Assembly (NCBI GenBank): GCA_002269645.1
Contig: NIVC01001018.1
Location: forward strand, 62,001 to 126,000
Length of the DNA: 64,000 nt
Reading direction: 5' to 3'
Source of the DNA: Macrostomum lignano
Taxonomy: Eukaryota
The notes beneath the pieces were generated by a model, which worked only from the letters and a program-made list of their open reading frames with translations, did no database searches and was not told the DNA's origin. This document shows, piece after piece, positions 44,110 through 56,600 of the stretch. How positions within the stretch are numbered: position 1 is the first letter of the stretch; each line of letters opens with the position of its first letter. Both the position numbers and the translations under genes were made by a program.

Positions 44110-45800
44110 TTATGTTTGACATGGTAGCTGTTTTGTGTCTGACATGGTGGCTCTTTAATGTTTGAGCTGGTGGCTCTTTTATGTTTGACATGGTGGCACT
44201 TTAATGTCTGAAATGGAGTCATGTATACGCTTGACATGGTGACTTGTAGATGTTTGACAAAGTGGCTCTTTTATGTTCGACATGTGGCTCTTTAATGTTT
44301 GACATGGTGGCTCTTTAATGTTTGACATGGTGGCTCTTTAATGTTTGACATGGTGGGTCTTTAATTTATGACATGGTGGCTCTTTTATGTTTGACATGAT
44401 GGCTCTTTAATGTTCGACATGGTGGCTGTTTAATGTTTGTTATGTAGTCATATGTATATGTTTTACATGGTGGCTCTTTTATGTGTGACATGGAGTCACG
44501 TATATATTTGACATGGAGTCACATATGTTTGACATGGTGGCTCTTTAGTGTTCGATATGGTGGCTCTTTAATGTTTGACATGGTGGCTCTTTTATGTTTG
44601 ACATAGTGGCTCTTTAATGTCTGACATGGTGGCTCTTTAATGTTTGACATGGTGGCTCTTTAGTGTTTGACATGGCTCTTTAATGTTTGACATGGTGGCT
44701 CTTTTATGCTTGACATGGTGGCTCTTTAATGTTCGACATGGTGGCTCTTTAATGTTTGACATGGTGGCTCTTTTATGCTTGACATGGTGGCTCTTTTATG
44801 TTCGACATGGTGGCTCTTTTTTGTTCTACATGGTAACTCTTTTATGTTTGATACGGTGGCTTTTTAATATCTGACATTGTGGCTCTTCTATGTTTGACAT
44901 TGTGGCTCTTTTATGTTTGACATGGTGGCTCTTTAATGTTTGACATGGTGGCTCTTTAATGTACGACATAAAGGTTCGTTTATGTTCGACATGGTGGCTC
45001 TTTTAGGTTTGACATGGTAGCTCTTTTATGTTCGACATGGTGGCTCTTTTAGGTTTGACATGGTGGCTCTTTTAGGTTTGACATGGTAGCTCTTTTATGT
45101 TCGACATGGTGGCTCTTAAATGTTTCACATGATGGCTCTTAAATGTCTTACATGGTGGCTCTTTTATGTTTGACATTGTGGCTCTTTTATGTTTGACATG
45201 GTGGCTCTTTAATGTTTGACATGGTGGCTCTTTAATGTACGACATAAAGGTTCGTTTATGTTCGACATGGTGGCTCTTTTAGGTTTGACATGGTAGCTCT
45301 TTTATGTTCGACATGGTGGCTCTTTTAGGTTTGACATGGTGGCTCTTTTAGGTTTGACATGGTAGCTCTTTTATGTTCGACATGGTGGCTCTTAAATGTT
45401 TCACATGATGGCTCTTAAATGTCTTACATGGTGGCTCTTTTATGTTTGACAATGTGGCTCTTTAATGTTTTACATGGCGGCTCTTTTATGTTCGAAATGG
45501 TGGCTCTTTAATGTTCGACATGGTGGCTCTTTAATGTTTGACATGCTAGCTCTTTAATGTTCGACATAGTGGCTCTTTTATGTTTGGCATGGTGGCTCTT
45601 TAATGTTCTTCATGGTGGCTCTTTTACGTTTGACATGGTGGCACTTTAATGTTCGACGTGGTGGCTCTTTAATGTTCGAAATGGTGACTCTTTAATGTTT
45701 CACATGGTGGCTCTTTAATGTTTGACATAGAGTCACGTATTTGTTTTACATGGTGCCCATGTAATGTTTGACATGGTGCCTCTTTTATGTTTGACATTGT
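44110..45800. repeat. ~23-bp minisatellite inside Helitron 2
   Basis: Homologous to the 37900 array. Confidence 0.95.
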
Positions 45801-46428
45801 GCTTTTTTATGTTTAGCAGTTTCGTGTTTTCAAGGTGTTTTATAAAAAAATTATTTTGCACTACTAAGATTTGAACCCAGGTCGCTACGTTGGCAGTCCA
45901 GTCTGTTCGGATCTAGGCTATCTCTTTTCAATTGGAGTACATGAATTGTGGCCCTTATAATTAAATTCTTACAGCAAGTCAATTGGGGTAAAAAGTTATG
46001 ACATAATCAATTTCTCAGTCAGCTAGTATCAGTCTCAGTTCAAGTTAGCAATATTGGTTACGCAATTTTAATCAAGTCGTGTGTGCATTTCTTCGGCACT
46101 GTTTTCAACTTGTTGTGATGCAATCTTTATGACAATCAGAATTCAGCCAGTCAGTTTTTTTCTCTAGCATTCTTACAATGAATTTTAGGTCGAAAGAGCT
46201 GCTTGACTTTTGCAAAAAAGCATGTTTTTCGAATATTTAATCCCTTTATCATTGAGCAATTTTTTAGCCAAGATGCATGTACCGTCCCAGGAAAATTTCT
46301 GATCGAATGGTGCAAGTTTGAAGAAAATCGGTTGAGCCATTTTTTCTGAAATCTATCGCATACCTACCCACATACAGACAACTCATTTTTAGTATATAGG
46401 ATTATGTACTAGGAGACTATGCCAAACC

Positions 46429-47008
46429 CCATAGTCAGGATGATGTACATTACGCTGGAAATTTCCAGCATACAATTGAAAATTTTACTTTTTTGGCGTA
46501 TAATTGGCGTAAAAAATGAGGCAAAATATATTTGGCGTACCTTTTGGCATGACGCCGTGGCATAAATATGCCAAGCAGCGCATGCCAACTCCAACCTTCA
46601 CGCCAAAGTTAATATTAACAATTGTTGGCATAATGCCATAACCTTAGAATCTTATTATAAAATCATAAAAACCATAAAACTCGTAAGATGAAAGTTCATA
46701 ACTATTCGTGATTTATTAAAATTTTAAATTCCACGCAAACTAATTGTCTAATTTTCTAAAAAAACTTTAAAAAAAATTGATTTTTGTTGGCATTATCTGT
46801 AGGCCAATTTACTTTAAATGAAAACTTATTTATGAAAAATGAAAAAATTTATTTAAAGAAAAATGTGTAACATGCAAAAAAGGTCATTTATTGTCGCAAA
46901 GCCTAGAAAACCTGGCATAAGTCCTTAGGACCTCGGCGTATGTTTCAGTAAGATTTTTTTAGGGGACTTTTTTTTCCGGCGTATACCATGACATGATCCT
47001 AACTATGG
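46429..47008. mobile_element. Non-autonomous TIR element with 8-bp TSD
   Basis: Imperfect TIRs CCATAGTCAGGATGATGT and ACATGATCCTAACTATGG; TSD gccaaacc at 46421-46428 and 47009-47016. Confidence 0.72.
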
Positions 47009-49370
47009 GCCAAACCCAAACAGAAACCTAATCATTTTTGAAAGCTAGGGCCTAATTATCCATAGTCTCAAAGATGTTCCTTGCATGCCACAAAACTTTT
47101 TGACCCTATATGCCATATGCCAAGATTATTTAGAAATCTTATGCACACTATATATTGTACACCAAGGTCAAGGGCCTCATTTGCAACTGCATTGCATGCC
47201 ACATGTGAGACTAGCAGAAGAACTGGTCTGAAAAAGTTAAAAGCAAAATCATATTTTTAGCACTTTGCTTAAATAAAAATAGCAAAGCCTATTGAAAACA
47301 AATAAATTCTTTCTTTTCCATGGACTAGATTAGGTCTATCTATCTTTTATTTTATTGCAAAGTTATAAAAAATATATATTATATTAAGGCCCTACAATTT
47401 TATAAAAAAAATGTTGTAGCTAAGTAATTAAAGAAGCTAAATGGAGACATTACTGATTATAATTTATAAATTTCTATAGTCTAACCAAATCCAAACTTCT
47501 ATTTTATTTTTGAATCTATTTTGCAATGGGGCAAACAAAATTTTTTTGTACATGCCATTGCGCAAAGTCTCATTGCATATAGTAATGCATATAGTGCAAG
47601 GGCCAAATACCCTTATGAATGCCACAATTTTTTTAACATCTTTGGAAAAGTGGCTTATTATATACTTTGATTGGGACTTGGAACTTTGGTCATACCTACT
47701 ATCTTAGCAATCTTTGGATATCAAGAAGTCATGCTAGGCCCCTTTTATGTATCGAATTTTGTACCAATGGTATACTCTAAATTCTTTTGTAGGCTAGAAT
47801 ATTTATATTAGCATATATATACTATCCTAAATCTGGGAAATAGGAAAGATTTGTGCAAAGGTTAGGTCTAGATAGATTAAAGCTATCTTAATTAGAAATT
47901 GCTTGTTGGCATATAAAATGGCAACTTTTTAATATTGCTGAGTATATTTTTGTACATGCCTGATAATATAATATTAGTTAGAATCAAAGTCAAATGAGTA
48001 TTATAGTAAACCTAGGCCTAGTCTATAATTAGGAAAATAGCTTTTTAAACTAAAAAATGCAAGGCAAATTTAGCCTAGGAGAGCAAAGCAAAGGAAAGCC
48101 AGGTTAGGGTAAATCAGGGCAAGTCAAAGGCAGGTAAGGCTAGGTCTCAAGATAATGTGAAGTAGCTAATAAAGAGCAGCAAAGTGGTTGACTAGCATGC
48201 TAGAGCCAAGTCATTAGCCCATTTGTTGTTTAAAACTGCAATGTAGATTTGAATAAAAATGACTAAATGACTAAATTGGATGCCTAGGATAGAATTTAGA
48301 ACTTTATTTCAAGGGCATTAGGGTTATTTTTAAGTCTCAGTTTCAATGAATTGAGGCATTAGAATAGATTTTAAGCTTGAGGTTTAAGGAATTAAGGCAT
48401 CAAGATAAAAAGTTTTTTGGTTTTAAATGTATTTTTGGGCATGTCTACCATGATCCTGGGCTAAAAACTGACCTAGGGAGCCTATTCTAATTTACTAATG
48501 AAGTCACAACACAATGCTCACCTTGGCCTTCAAGTTTGGGTGCAAATTAGGCTAGTGTTGAAGTTTTTATGCAGGGATAAATTTAAAAGGGGAAGCTTTA
48601 GGTGGTAGCCCCCTATTATGGCTGGCAATGATAATGTATCTTTTCTTCTTGGCTGGCAGTTCCAAATATTATCAATATTCTGAACCATAATACTTTGAAT
48701 AGATGGCATGATTAAATCCAAAATAGGAAAAAAGACACAAAAGTGCTAGAAAACAAGCATAGAAGTTGCCTGGCTAACTTCATAGTAGGCCTATTTAATT
48801 TTTAGGTCTATAATAAAATATACAATATATTAAGATTTGAAGCCTTTTAAAAGTAATCTTATTAGGATGTTATCTATATCTTTTACCTTTTATATTTTCT
48901 ATTAGCTTCTATTGATTGCTTATGTTATTCTTTTCTATTCCTATTCTATTGACTAATTGGTCTATTTGTGATGCTTTAAAATTTTGCAATTTGAGTAATT
49001 TAAGTTATTGTTTCAATAGACAAATTTTATTAGCTAGTTTTAATTTAGCTATAAAATTACTTTTAAGAGTATTAAGAGAGCAAATCAAAGCAAAAAGTAT
49101 ACAAGGTAAGACAAAAGTGCCTAAGGCACTAACAAACAATTTGCACAAACTACTAATTATTAATAATTAATTGTTTTCATGGAACTTGTTTAGATGTAAA
49201 TTTTAGAAATAATTTAATATTAAAATATTAAAATTTAGCAACTAACATTTTATGATAGCTGAATATTTATAAATAATAAAGACTAGCAATTGGTGCCCCC
49301 ATTGTGGAGCCTACATAAAAAGAAGTTTTTTTAATAAACTGCGAGCACATGTAGCCTCAGACCTCTCAGC

Positions 49371-49745
49371 TTTGACATCTCAGCAATTCCCCTGTAATCC
49401 TTGACATCTCAGCAATTCCACTGTAAGCCTTGACATCTCAGCAATTCCACTGTAAGCCTTGACATCTCAGCAATTCCCCTGTAAGCCTTGACATCTCAGC
49501 AATTCCTCTGTAATCCTTGACATCTCAGCAATTCCCCTGTAATCCTTGACATCTCAGCAATTCCCTCTGTAATCCTTGACATCTCAGCAATTCCCTCTGT
49601 AATCCTTGACATCTCAGCAATTCCCTCTGTAATCCTTGACATCTCAGCAATTCCCACTGTAAGCCTTGACATCTCAGCAATTCCCACTGTAAGCCTTGAC
49701 GTCTCAACAATTCCCCTGTAAGCCTTGACATCTCAGCAATTCCCA
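49371..49745. repeat. 29-30-bp minisatellite (CCTTGACATCTCAGCAATTCCCTCTGTAAT) just upstream of C2CD3
   Basis: Direct. Confidence 0.95.
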
Positions 49746-49873
49746 CTACCTTAGACTATCTTATCTGGAATGACCCAACATCTAGACTAAGGTGGACTAG
49801 ATGCATTGTAAGATTGAAACTAATTTATTAGAATCTGTTAGTGTCTCATCTCAATGGATGCCAAATCAATTTC

Positions 49874-51529
49874 ATGCCGCTACCTGCCTCATCATTAACA
49901 ATGAAGCCCCGGCGTAAAAGCAAATCGCCAAGCGGTCGGAGTTCCCGCAACTCCACCGGCCTGCAGCAACAGCAGCAGCAGCGACCACCAGACGCAACCG
50001 ATTCTAAGCGCGTCCTATCAGAAGAGGCTGCCGCCGATCTGATCTCCGTGTTAGTTAATCGGGGTCGCCGCTTGCGCAACGACATGATCGGCTGTGTGCT
50101 AGACGGTTCCTCTACTGCCGAACGCGAGAATCAACCACCGCTTCCTGCAACCGCAACGACTTTGACGCAGCGCAATGAGCATGACGCAACAGGCACAATA
50201 GGCGGGCTAGGCAGCGAGACTCTGCTAGACGACATGATTGGCCAGCTGCTTTCCAATGGCGACGCTTCGGCGGAGATGCGCGCAGTCGACCTCATCATGG
50301 GCCAATCGGACCCCGTGCCGCGTCGCAGCGGCTCCGAGGACAATGACGAGGATAGCAACGAGGATTATAGCGAGCCGGACGATCCCGTCAAGGACGACGA
50401 TCTTGTGCAGGAGTTGTTCTTTAATAAAACCGCTAATAATAAAGATTTTGAAGCCGCCGACGGCGACGACTACGACGTAGACGATGGCCAGGGCGAGCCG
50501 GCTAAAGGCGGCAGTCCGGAGCGGGCGGCTCAACTTCGACGCGACCGTCTGGAAGCCGCCGGCCGTGTGGTGCCCAACGTCAGCTCGCCGTCGGCCAGCT
50601 CATTCGACATACCGTCTCGGGCGTCGTCAAACGCGGCTGGTCCCGCTGGCCGGCGATTGCGTCGACGCGGCGGCGGCAGCGCCAATTCGGCTACGAAACG
50701 GCGCGCCGCCGGTTCGCGCGATTCGAGCTCCGAGCGAGGCGGCGGTTCCTCGCTTGCGGGCAGCCGCGTCTCCTTCGACGTGCCGTCGGATGCTGAAGTC
50801 GGCGGCGCCGATGCTGCTGGCCCTGTCGATGCAGTCGACGAACAAACGAAAAAGCGACTACCCGGTTTATTTGACGTCGTTTCCACTGAGCGACTGGAAA
50901 CTCTTCGCCGGGTGTCACACATTCTGCTGTCAGCTTCGCAGCTGGTGCTGCGTAAGCAGCCGTACATTGACGCCGGCTCGTCTGCCTCGGCGGCGCCGCG
51001 ACCTCCGCGGCCTAGTGCACCTCGCGGACTTCCGCCGCGTCCGCCTGCTCCAGGCTCAACCAGCTGGCGTCGGAAGCCATCAGTTTACTATTTGGAGTAC
51101 CGGCTGCCCTCGCATCCGTCTAATAGCACTACTAGTGCCTCTTCAACTCGGGTACTGGCCAAGAAGTTAGACGGTCGCAATGTGAGCTTCCAACACCGGG
51201 GCAAGCACGCGCTGGTGTTTGACGACGCCTCGTTGCAGCGCTGGTGGCGCGGGAATCTTGAAGTCCGCCTGCTTGGTAGGACTGACGATCAGAGAACTCC
51301 GCCCTGTCTGATTGGCAGCGGAATGTTGCCGATGCACTACCTGCTAACTGGGACCAACCTGCAGCTGACTGACGACATTCCGGTATACGAGGCACCGGCC
51401 GGTGTCACCAACAAGCATCAGCAGTTTCCTAACCAGCTGGAGCATCAGCAGAGAAAACTTGTTGGCCATTTGCGAGTCAGCCTGCAACTGGGCTCGGATA
51501 CTGTGGCCCTGGGGCCGCTGCTTGAACAG
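49874..51529 (+). CDS. C2CD3: C2CD3 exon 1
   Basis: ATG 49874 or 49901 (MKPRRK); encodes DLISVLVNRGRRLRNDM and the first retained C2 domain (YYLEYRLP..WWRGNLEV); donor cag|gttaat. Confidence 0.85.
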
Positions 51530-53568
51530 GTTAATATGCTCGGTTACTGACTGACTGACTGACTGACTGACTGACTCACTGACTGACTCACTGACTGACT
51601 GACTGACTCACTGACTGACTCACTGACTGACTGAATGACTGACTGACTGACTGACTGACTCACTGACTCACTGACTGACTGACTGACTGACTGACTGACT
51701 GACTGACTGACTGACTGACTGACTGACTGACTGACTGACTGACTGACTGACTGACTGACTGACTGACTGACTGACTGACTGACTGACTGACTGACTGACT
51801 GACTGACTGACTGACTGACTCACTGACTCACTGACTCACTGACTCACTGACTGACTCACTGACTGACTGAATGACTGACTGACTGACTGACTGACTCACT
51901 GACTCACTGACTGACTGACTCACTAACTCACTGACTGACTGACTCACTGACTGACTGACTGACTCACTGACTGACTCATGCACTCACTGACTCACTGACT
52001 CACTGACTGACTGACTGACTGACTCACTGACTGACTGAATGACTGACTGACTGACTGACTCACTGACTGACTCACTGACTCATGCACTCACTCACTCACT
52101 GACTCACTCACTGACTGACTGACTCACTTACTGACTCACTCACTAATTTGAGTGAGTGGGTGACTGACTGACTGACTCACTCACTGATTTGAGTGAGTGG
52201 GTGACTGACTGACTGACTCACTGACTCACTGACTGACTGACTGACTCACTCACTGATTTGAGTGAGTGGGTGACTGACTGACTGACTCACTCACTGATTT
52301 GAGTGAGTGGGTGACTGACTGACTGACTGACTCACTCACTGATTTGAGTGAGTGGGTGACTGACTGACTGACTCACTGACTCACTGACTGACTGACTGAC
52401 TCACTCACTGATTTGAGTGAGTGGGTGACTGACTGACTGACTCACTGACTCACTGACTCACTCACTCACTGACTCACTCACTGATTTGAGTGAGTGGGTG
52501 ACTGACTGACTGACTAACAGATTATTCGCATCCCATCGCCACCCAAAAATCTAACCCCACTCAGGAACAGCAGCGCGTCGCATCTGACAGAGCGGCCGCC
52601 TCCAAGCAGCAGGAGCCGCAGCCGCTGTTGGCCCAGGGCCAAGGCGAGTCGGCAGGCTTATCTGACGGCAAACCGCCGCCGCCTCCGCCCCCGCCGCCCC
52701 CACTGCCGCCGGCTCCGCTGTCCCAGCCGACCGCCTCAGCAGCTGCCCCCTCAGAACCCGTGGAGCAGCCGACGGCCCTGTTCGCTCTGCTGCAAATTGT
52801 TGAAGCCCGCGGCGTCGCCTATTCTAGCGTGGCCACTACTACTGGTACTAATAATCACAATGGTAGCGCAGCGTCTCAGCAGCTTCATCTGACTGGCGGT
52901 ACCACGGCAACCTCAGCTGGTGGCCGATCCTCCGCTAGGGATCACTGCTCACGGAATCTGTACTGCGCCGTCAGATTATTCTGGCAGTCGGATCGATTTC
53001 ACACCGAAGTAGTCTGGGGCAGTTCGGATCCGAAATTTCGTTTCTCCCAAATCTCACCTGTGCTTTACAATGCCGCTCTGTTGGAACGGCTGCGCCAGAA
53101 CTACGCCATTGTGGAGGTGTGGGATAAAAAGACCAGCTATCAGCGGGATAGCCTAGTTGGCACTGTGAAATTGCCTCTGCATCAGTTCTACTTGGCCTAC
53201 AAAGACCCCGCTGTAGCCGCTGCTATGCTCCGCTCCCAGTATCCTGTAGTTGGCGCCGATGGCTGGCTGCCCATCCGGGATCCGTTTCACGAGGCTCAGC
53301 CCGGCTCGGACTTTGGCCAGCTGCGCGTACTGCTGGCCATGGGCAGCGGCGCCCAGATCGCTCATCTGCAGCGGCTTCGCTCCGATGGGGCAACGGCATC
53401 GATGCCGGCTTGCTGCCTTATCACGTGCCCTTCGATTCGGTGACCGCTGCCGGGGCTACGGCCTCCGGATCGACTACCGGCGGCCAGGCCCGCGAATTGG
53501 AAGAGGTGGTGAGTTCGAGTTTAATTTATATTTGCCACTTTTCTACTATCTATCTAGCTATCTATCTG

Positions 53569-53603
<35 letters not shown>

Positions 53604-53604
53604 G

Positions 53605-53644
<40 letters not shown>

Positions 53645-56600
53645 ACTATCTATCTATCTGCCTGTCTATCTATCTATCTATCTATGCTTTCAGACGGAGC
53701 ACTGTTTCGAAGTTTGCATCGACAGTCTGGAGGATCTGCGCCTGCCCGAAGACTGCAGCTACGGCGAAGTTGATTGCTTCATTCAGTACTACTTCCCGGC
53801 ATTGGACCCTGCCGCCAGACCCGGCTCCAGTCCCATGCTGTGTTTGAAGCCCTACAGGTCTTCCACTACCATTGCCATACCGCATCCGTCATTTCATGAT
53901 CTGACCCGGCACCGGCTGCAGCTGCCAGTTGATGCGCCGTTCCAACGGGAGCTGGTCGCTCTAGCCGGCGCCCAGGGCGGCCTGCCATGCGAACTATGGC
54001 TAAGAGCATATAGTCCGAATTTGCGCGATCAGTGCATTGCAAGAGCTCTGTTGCCGTTAGGTCGACTGTGCGCTCTGGTTGCTATGAGCGGTGTTAGCAA
54101 CGGGGCAGGTTCGTTGCCTTCTGCTTCAACTGCTGCTCATACTGGAGCTCCCGCCTCTACCCAGCGCCTGGCCCTGCCATTAGCCGGCATTGATGAAGCG
54201 GGCGCGTGCGGCGCTACCGCCTATTTAAGCGTGGCTTATCGTTCTACAGGCGTGCGAGTCAGCAGGTCCAGCGAGTCGGCCGGCAGCGGGGTAGACTCTT
54301 ATCCTCGGGGACAGACCGCAGTGCTGGGCGTCTCGCTGCTCCGCGCCGCAGGTTTGGAAGCCGCCGCTAAGGCCTGCCAGCGCGCTGAAGCTCCTGCCGG
54401 TCTGATGGCCGCCAGTCTGGGGCATGCTGTCGCTGGCGGGGTCAATGCGTTTGCCAGGTGTGTTAGTTTTTTCTTGTCTCGTATTTTTTAACCTAGAAAC
54501 CTCTCGAGTTTATAATTGCCCTTTCTGTCTTTCGAATCACTCAATAGCCTCTAGAATCGCCTTTTTCTAAAATCACCTTTCTATTGATACTTTTAGAATC
54601 GCCTTATACTTGTAGAATTGCCCTTTTACTTGTAGAATCGCCTTTCTACTTGTAGAATCGCGTTTATACCCGTAGAATCGCATTTGTACGTGTAGAATCT
54701 GATTTCTACCTGTAGAATCGCATTTGTACTTGTAGAATCGCATTTCTACCTGTAGAATCGCATTTGTACTTGTAGAATCGCATTTCTACCTGTAGAATCG
54801 CATTTCTACCTGTAGAATCGCATTTCTACCTGTATAAAAATCGCCATTTTACCCTTAAAATCGCCTGTCTACCTTTGAATTCTAGAATCGCCCTCTCTGC
54901 GACCTCTATCCACAGCTAATTACAGACAGCCACAGATGCTATATAACTATATAGTATTATATAGTATCTGTGCAGACAGCCTATGTTCTAGCAATCCAAA
55001 ATGGTTCCACATTCCAACACTGCCCCCCTCCCGTACCCGCAGATACTGGCTCAGCTTCGACCCGAGCGGCCAACGCCTCACCCGGTGCGTAGCCCGCAGC
55101 CATTGTCCAGACTTTCAGCAGCACTCCGACTACGCTATGCCGCTTCACTGGCCCGGCGGCATCTCTCTAGCCGAACTAATCGAAGAAGGCGGCCTAGAGA
55201 TTGAATTGTGGCATCAGGTGCCAACGCCGGCTAGGCATCTCACTGTTGGCACCGGTCCCGAGCCCTTGGTGACGGCGCCAGGTCAACCGGTGCCAATCAA
55301 TGGCGGCGCCGGCGCCTCTTGTCCTGAGATTCTGCTAGGCCGGCTCCGCCTGCCGCTTGGCCCGCTGTTAACCTGCAAGTCCGGCCTGCGCGGCTGGTAT
55401 CCGCTTCTAGCTCCGGCAAAGACTACTAACGCTTCGGCTGCTACAACAGAAACGGTTGACGCAGAAGATTTGTCAACTACTGCTCAGTTTGTTGGCGCCG
55501 TCGAATTGGAGATTCGATTCGGATCGGCCGAGGATCGAGCCAGAGTGTTGGAGAGCGGCCGCGAGCTGGGATTTGCGCCTCAAGATTTGGAGGATCTCGA
55601 GGAACGATGGGAATCGATTGAGGCGCCCGAGTTCCGTAGGATTTGTGTGCAGGTTAGTGAGGCTGGTTGTTGATGAAGAACAGTTGTTTTGGCTGCTACG
55701 GAACTAAGTCTGATGTTGATCAAGTGTAGTTAGTTGCTAGGGCCTGAGGCTGATGGGGCATCAAGTGTAGCTAGTTGCTAGGGTGCTGAGGCTGATGGGG
55801 CATCAAGTATAGTTGGTTGCTAGGGAGCTGAGGCTGATGGGATTAAGTGTAGCTGGTTGCTATGGAGGCTGATGAGGATCTGGACATTTGGTTGCTAAGG
55901 GAGTGGGTCTAATAAGGATCAAGAGTATTAGTTGCTAAGGTACTGATCTGATGTGCATGATTGAGTTTTGGGTGCTAATAGACGTTAAAGGGAATTATGG
56001 ATTTGAGAGACTTTATTTTTGTTTCAAGTCTATTTCTATAAAAAGATGAACACCCTCCCCACTTTGCACTACTAAAGGTAATAGACGCCGAATTCCCGCT
56101 TCGTTTGGCTCTCCGGGCCGGCCAGGACCGGCTGCCTATCTCCAGCCGGCTGTACTGCCGCTACCGCCTGTACACTCGGCGGTCAGTCCAATCGCCAAAG
56201 TATTGCGTGCCGCCGCACGACGAGCACGGCAGCTTGTCAGTCAGCTTCAGTTATAAACGCGTGTTTGCGTTTCGCACTTCCCTAGCATTGCTGCAGTATC
56301 TGCGCGAAGAACGATTGGAAATTCAGTTGTGGATTAGTTACAGCTCGTCTAGCGGTGAGGGGCACGACGATGTGGGAGCCGGCGCCTCGGCTCGCGACCT
56401 GCTAATTGGCACCTGCTGGATGCCGCTGCGCGATTTGGCCATTCGTCGGCGTTCGCCGGCTCGCGTAGCCGGCCGCTACGCTCTGGTGAAGCCGGGCGTT
56501 CGCTGCTTCGACGGCGCCTGTCTTCGATTGAAAGCGACGCTGACTGACTCGGACGAGCCGCCGTCGGAGCCGGAGGATTCCGTTGACGAGGAGGAGGCTG

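Larger units (their letters stand above)
43090..46401 (-). mobile_element. Non-autonomous Helitron copy 2
   Basis: Host A|TCCTATATACTAAAAATGAG at 46402/46401; the 3' hairpin GCCCCCC ATC GGGGGGC is followed by gaagattg-CTAG at 43090. It has the same internal order of modules as copy 1. Confidence 0.85.
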
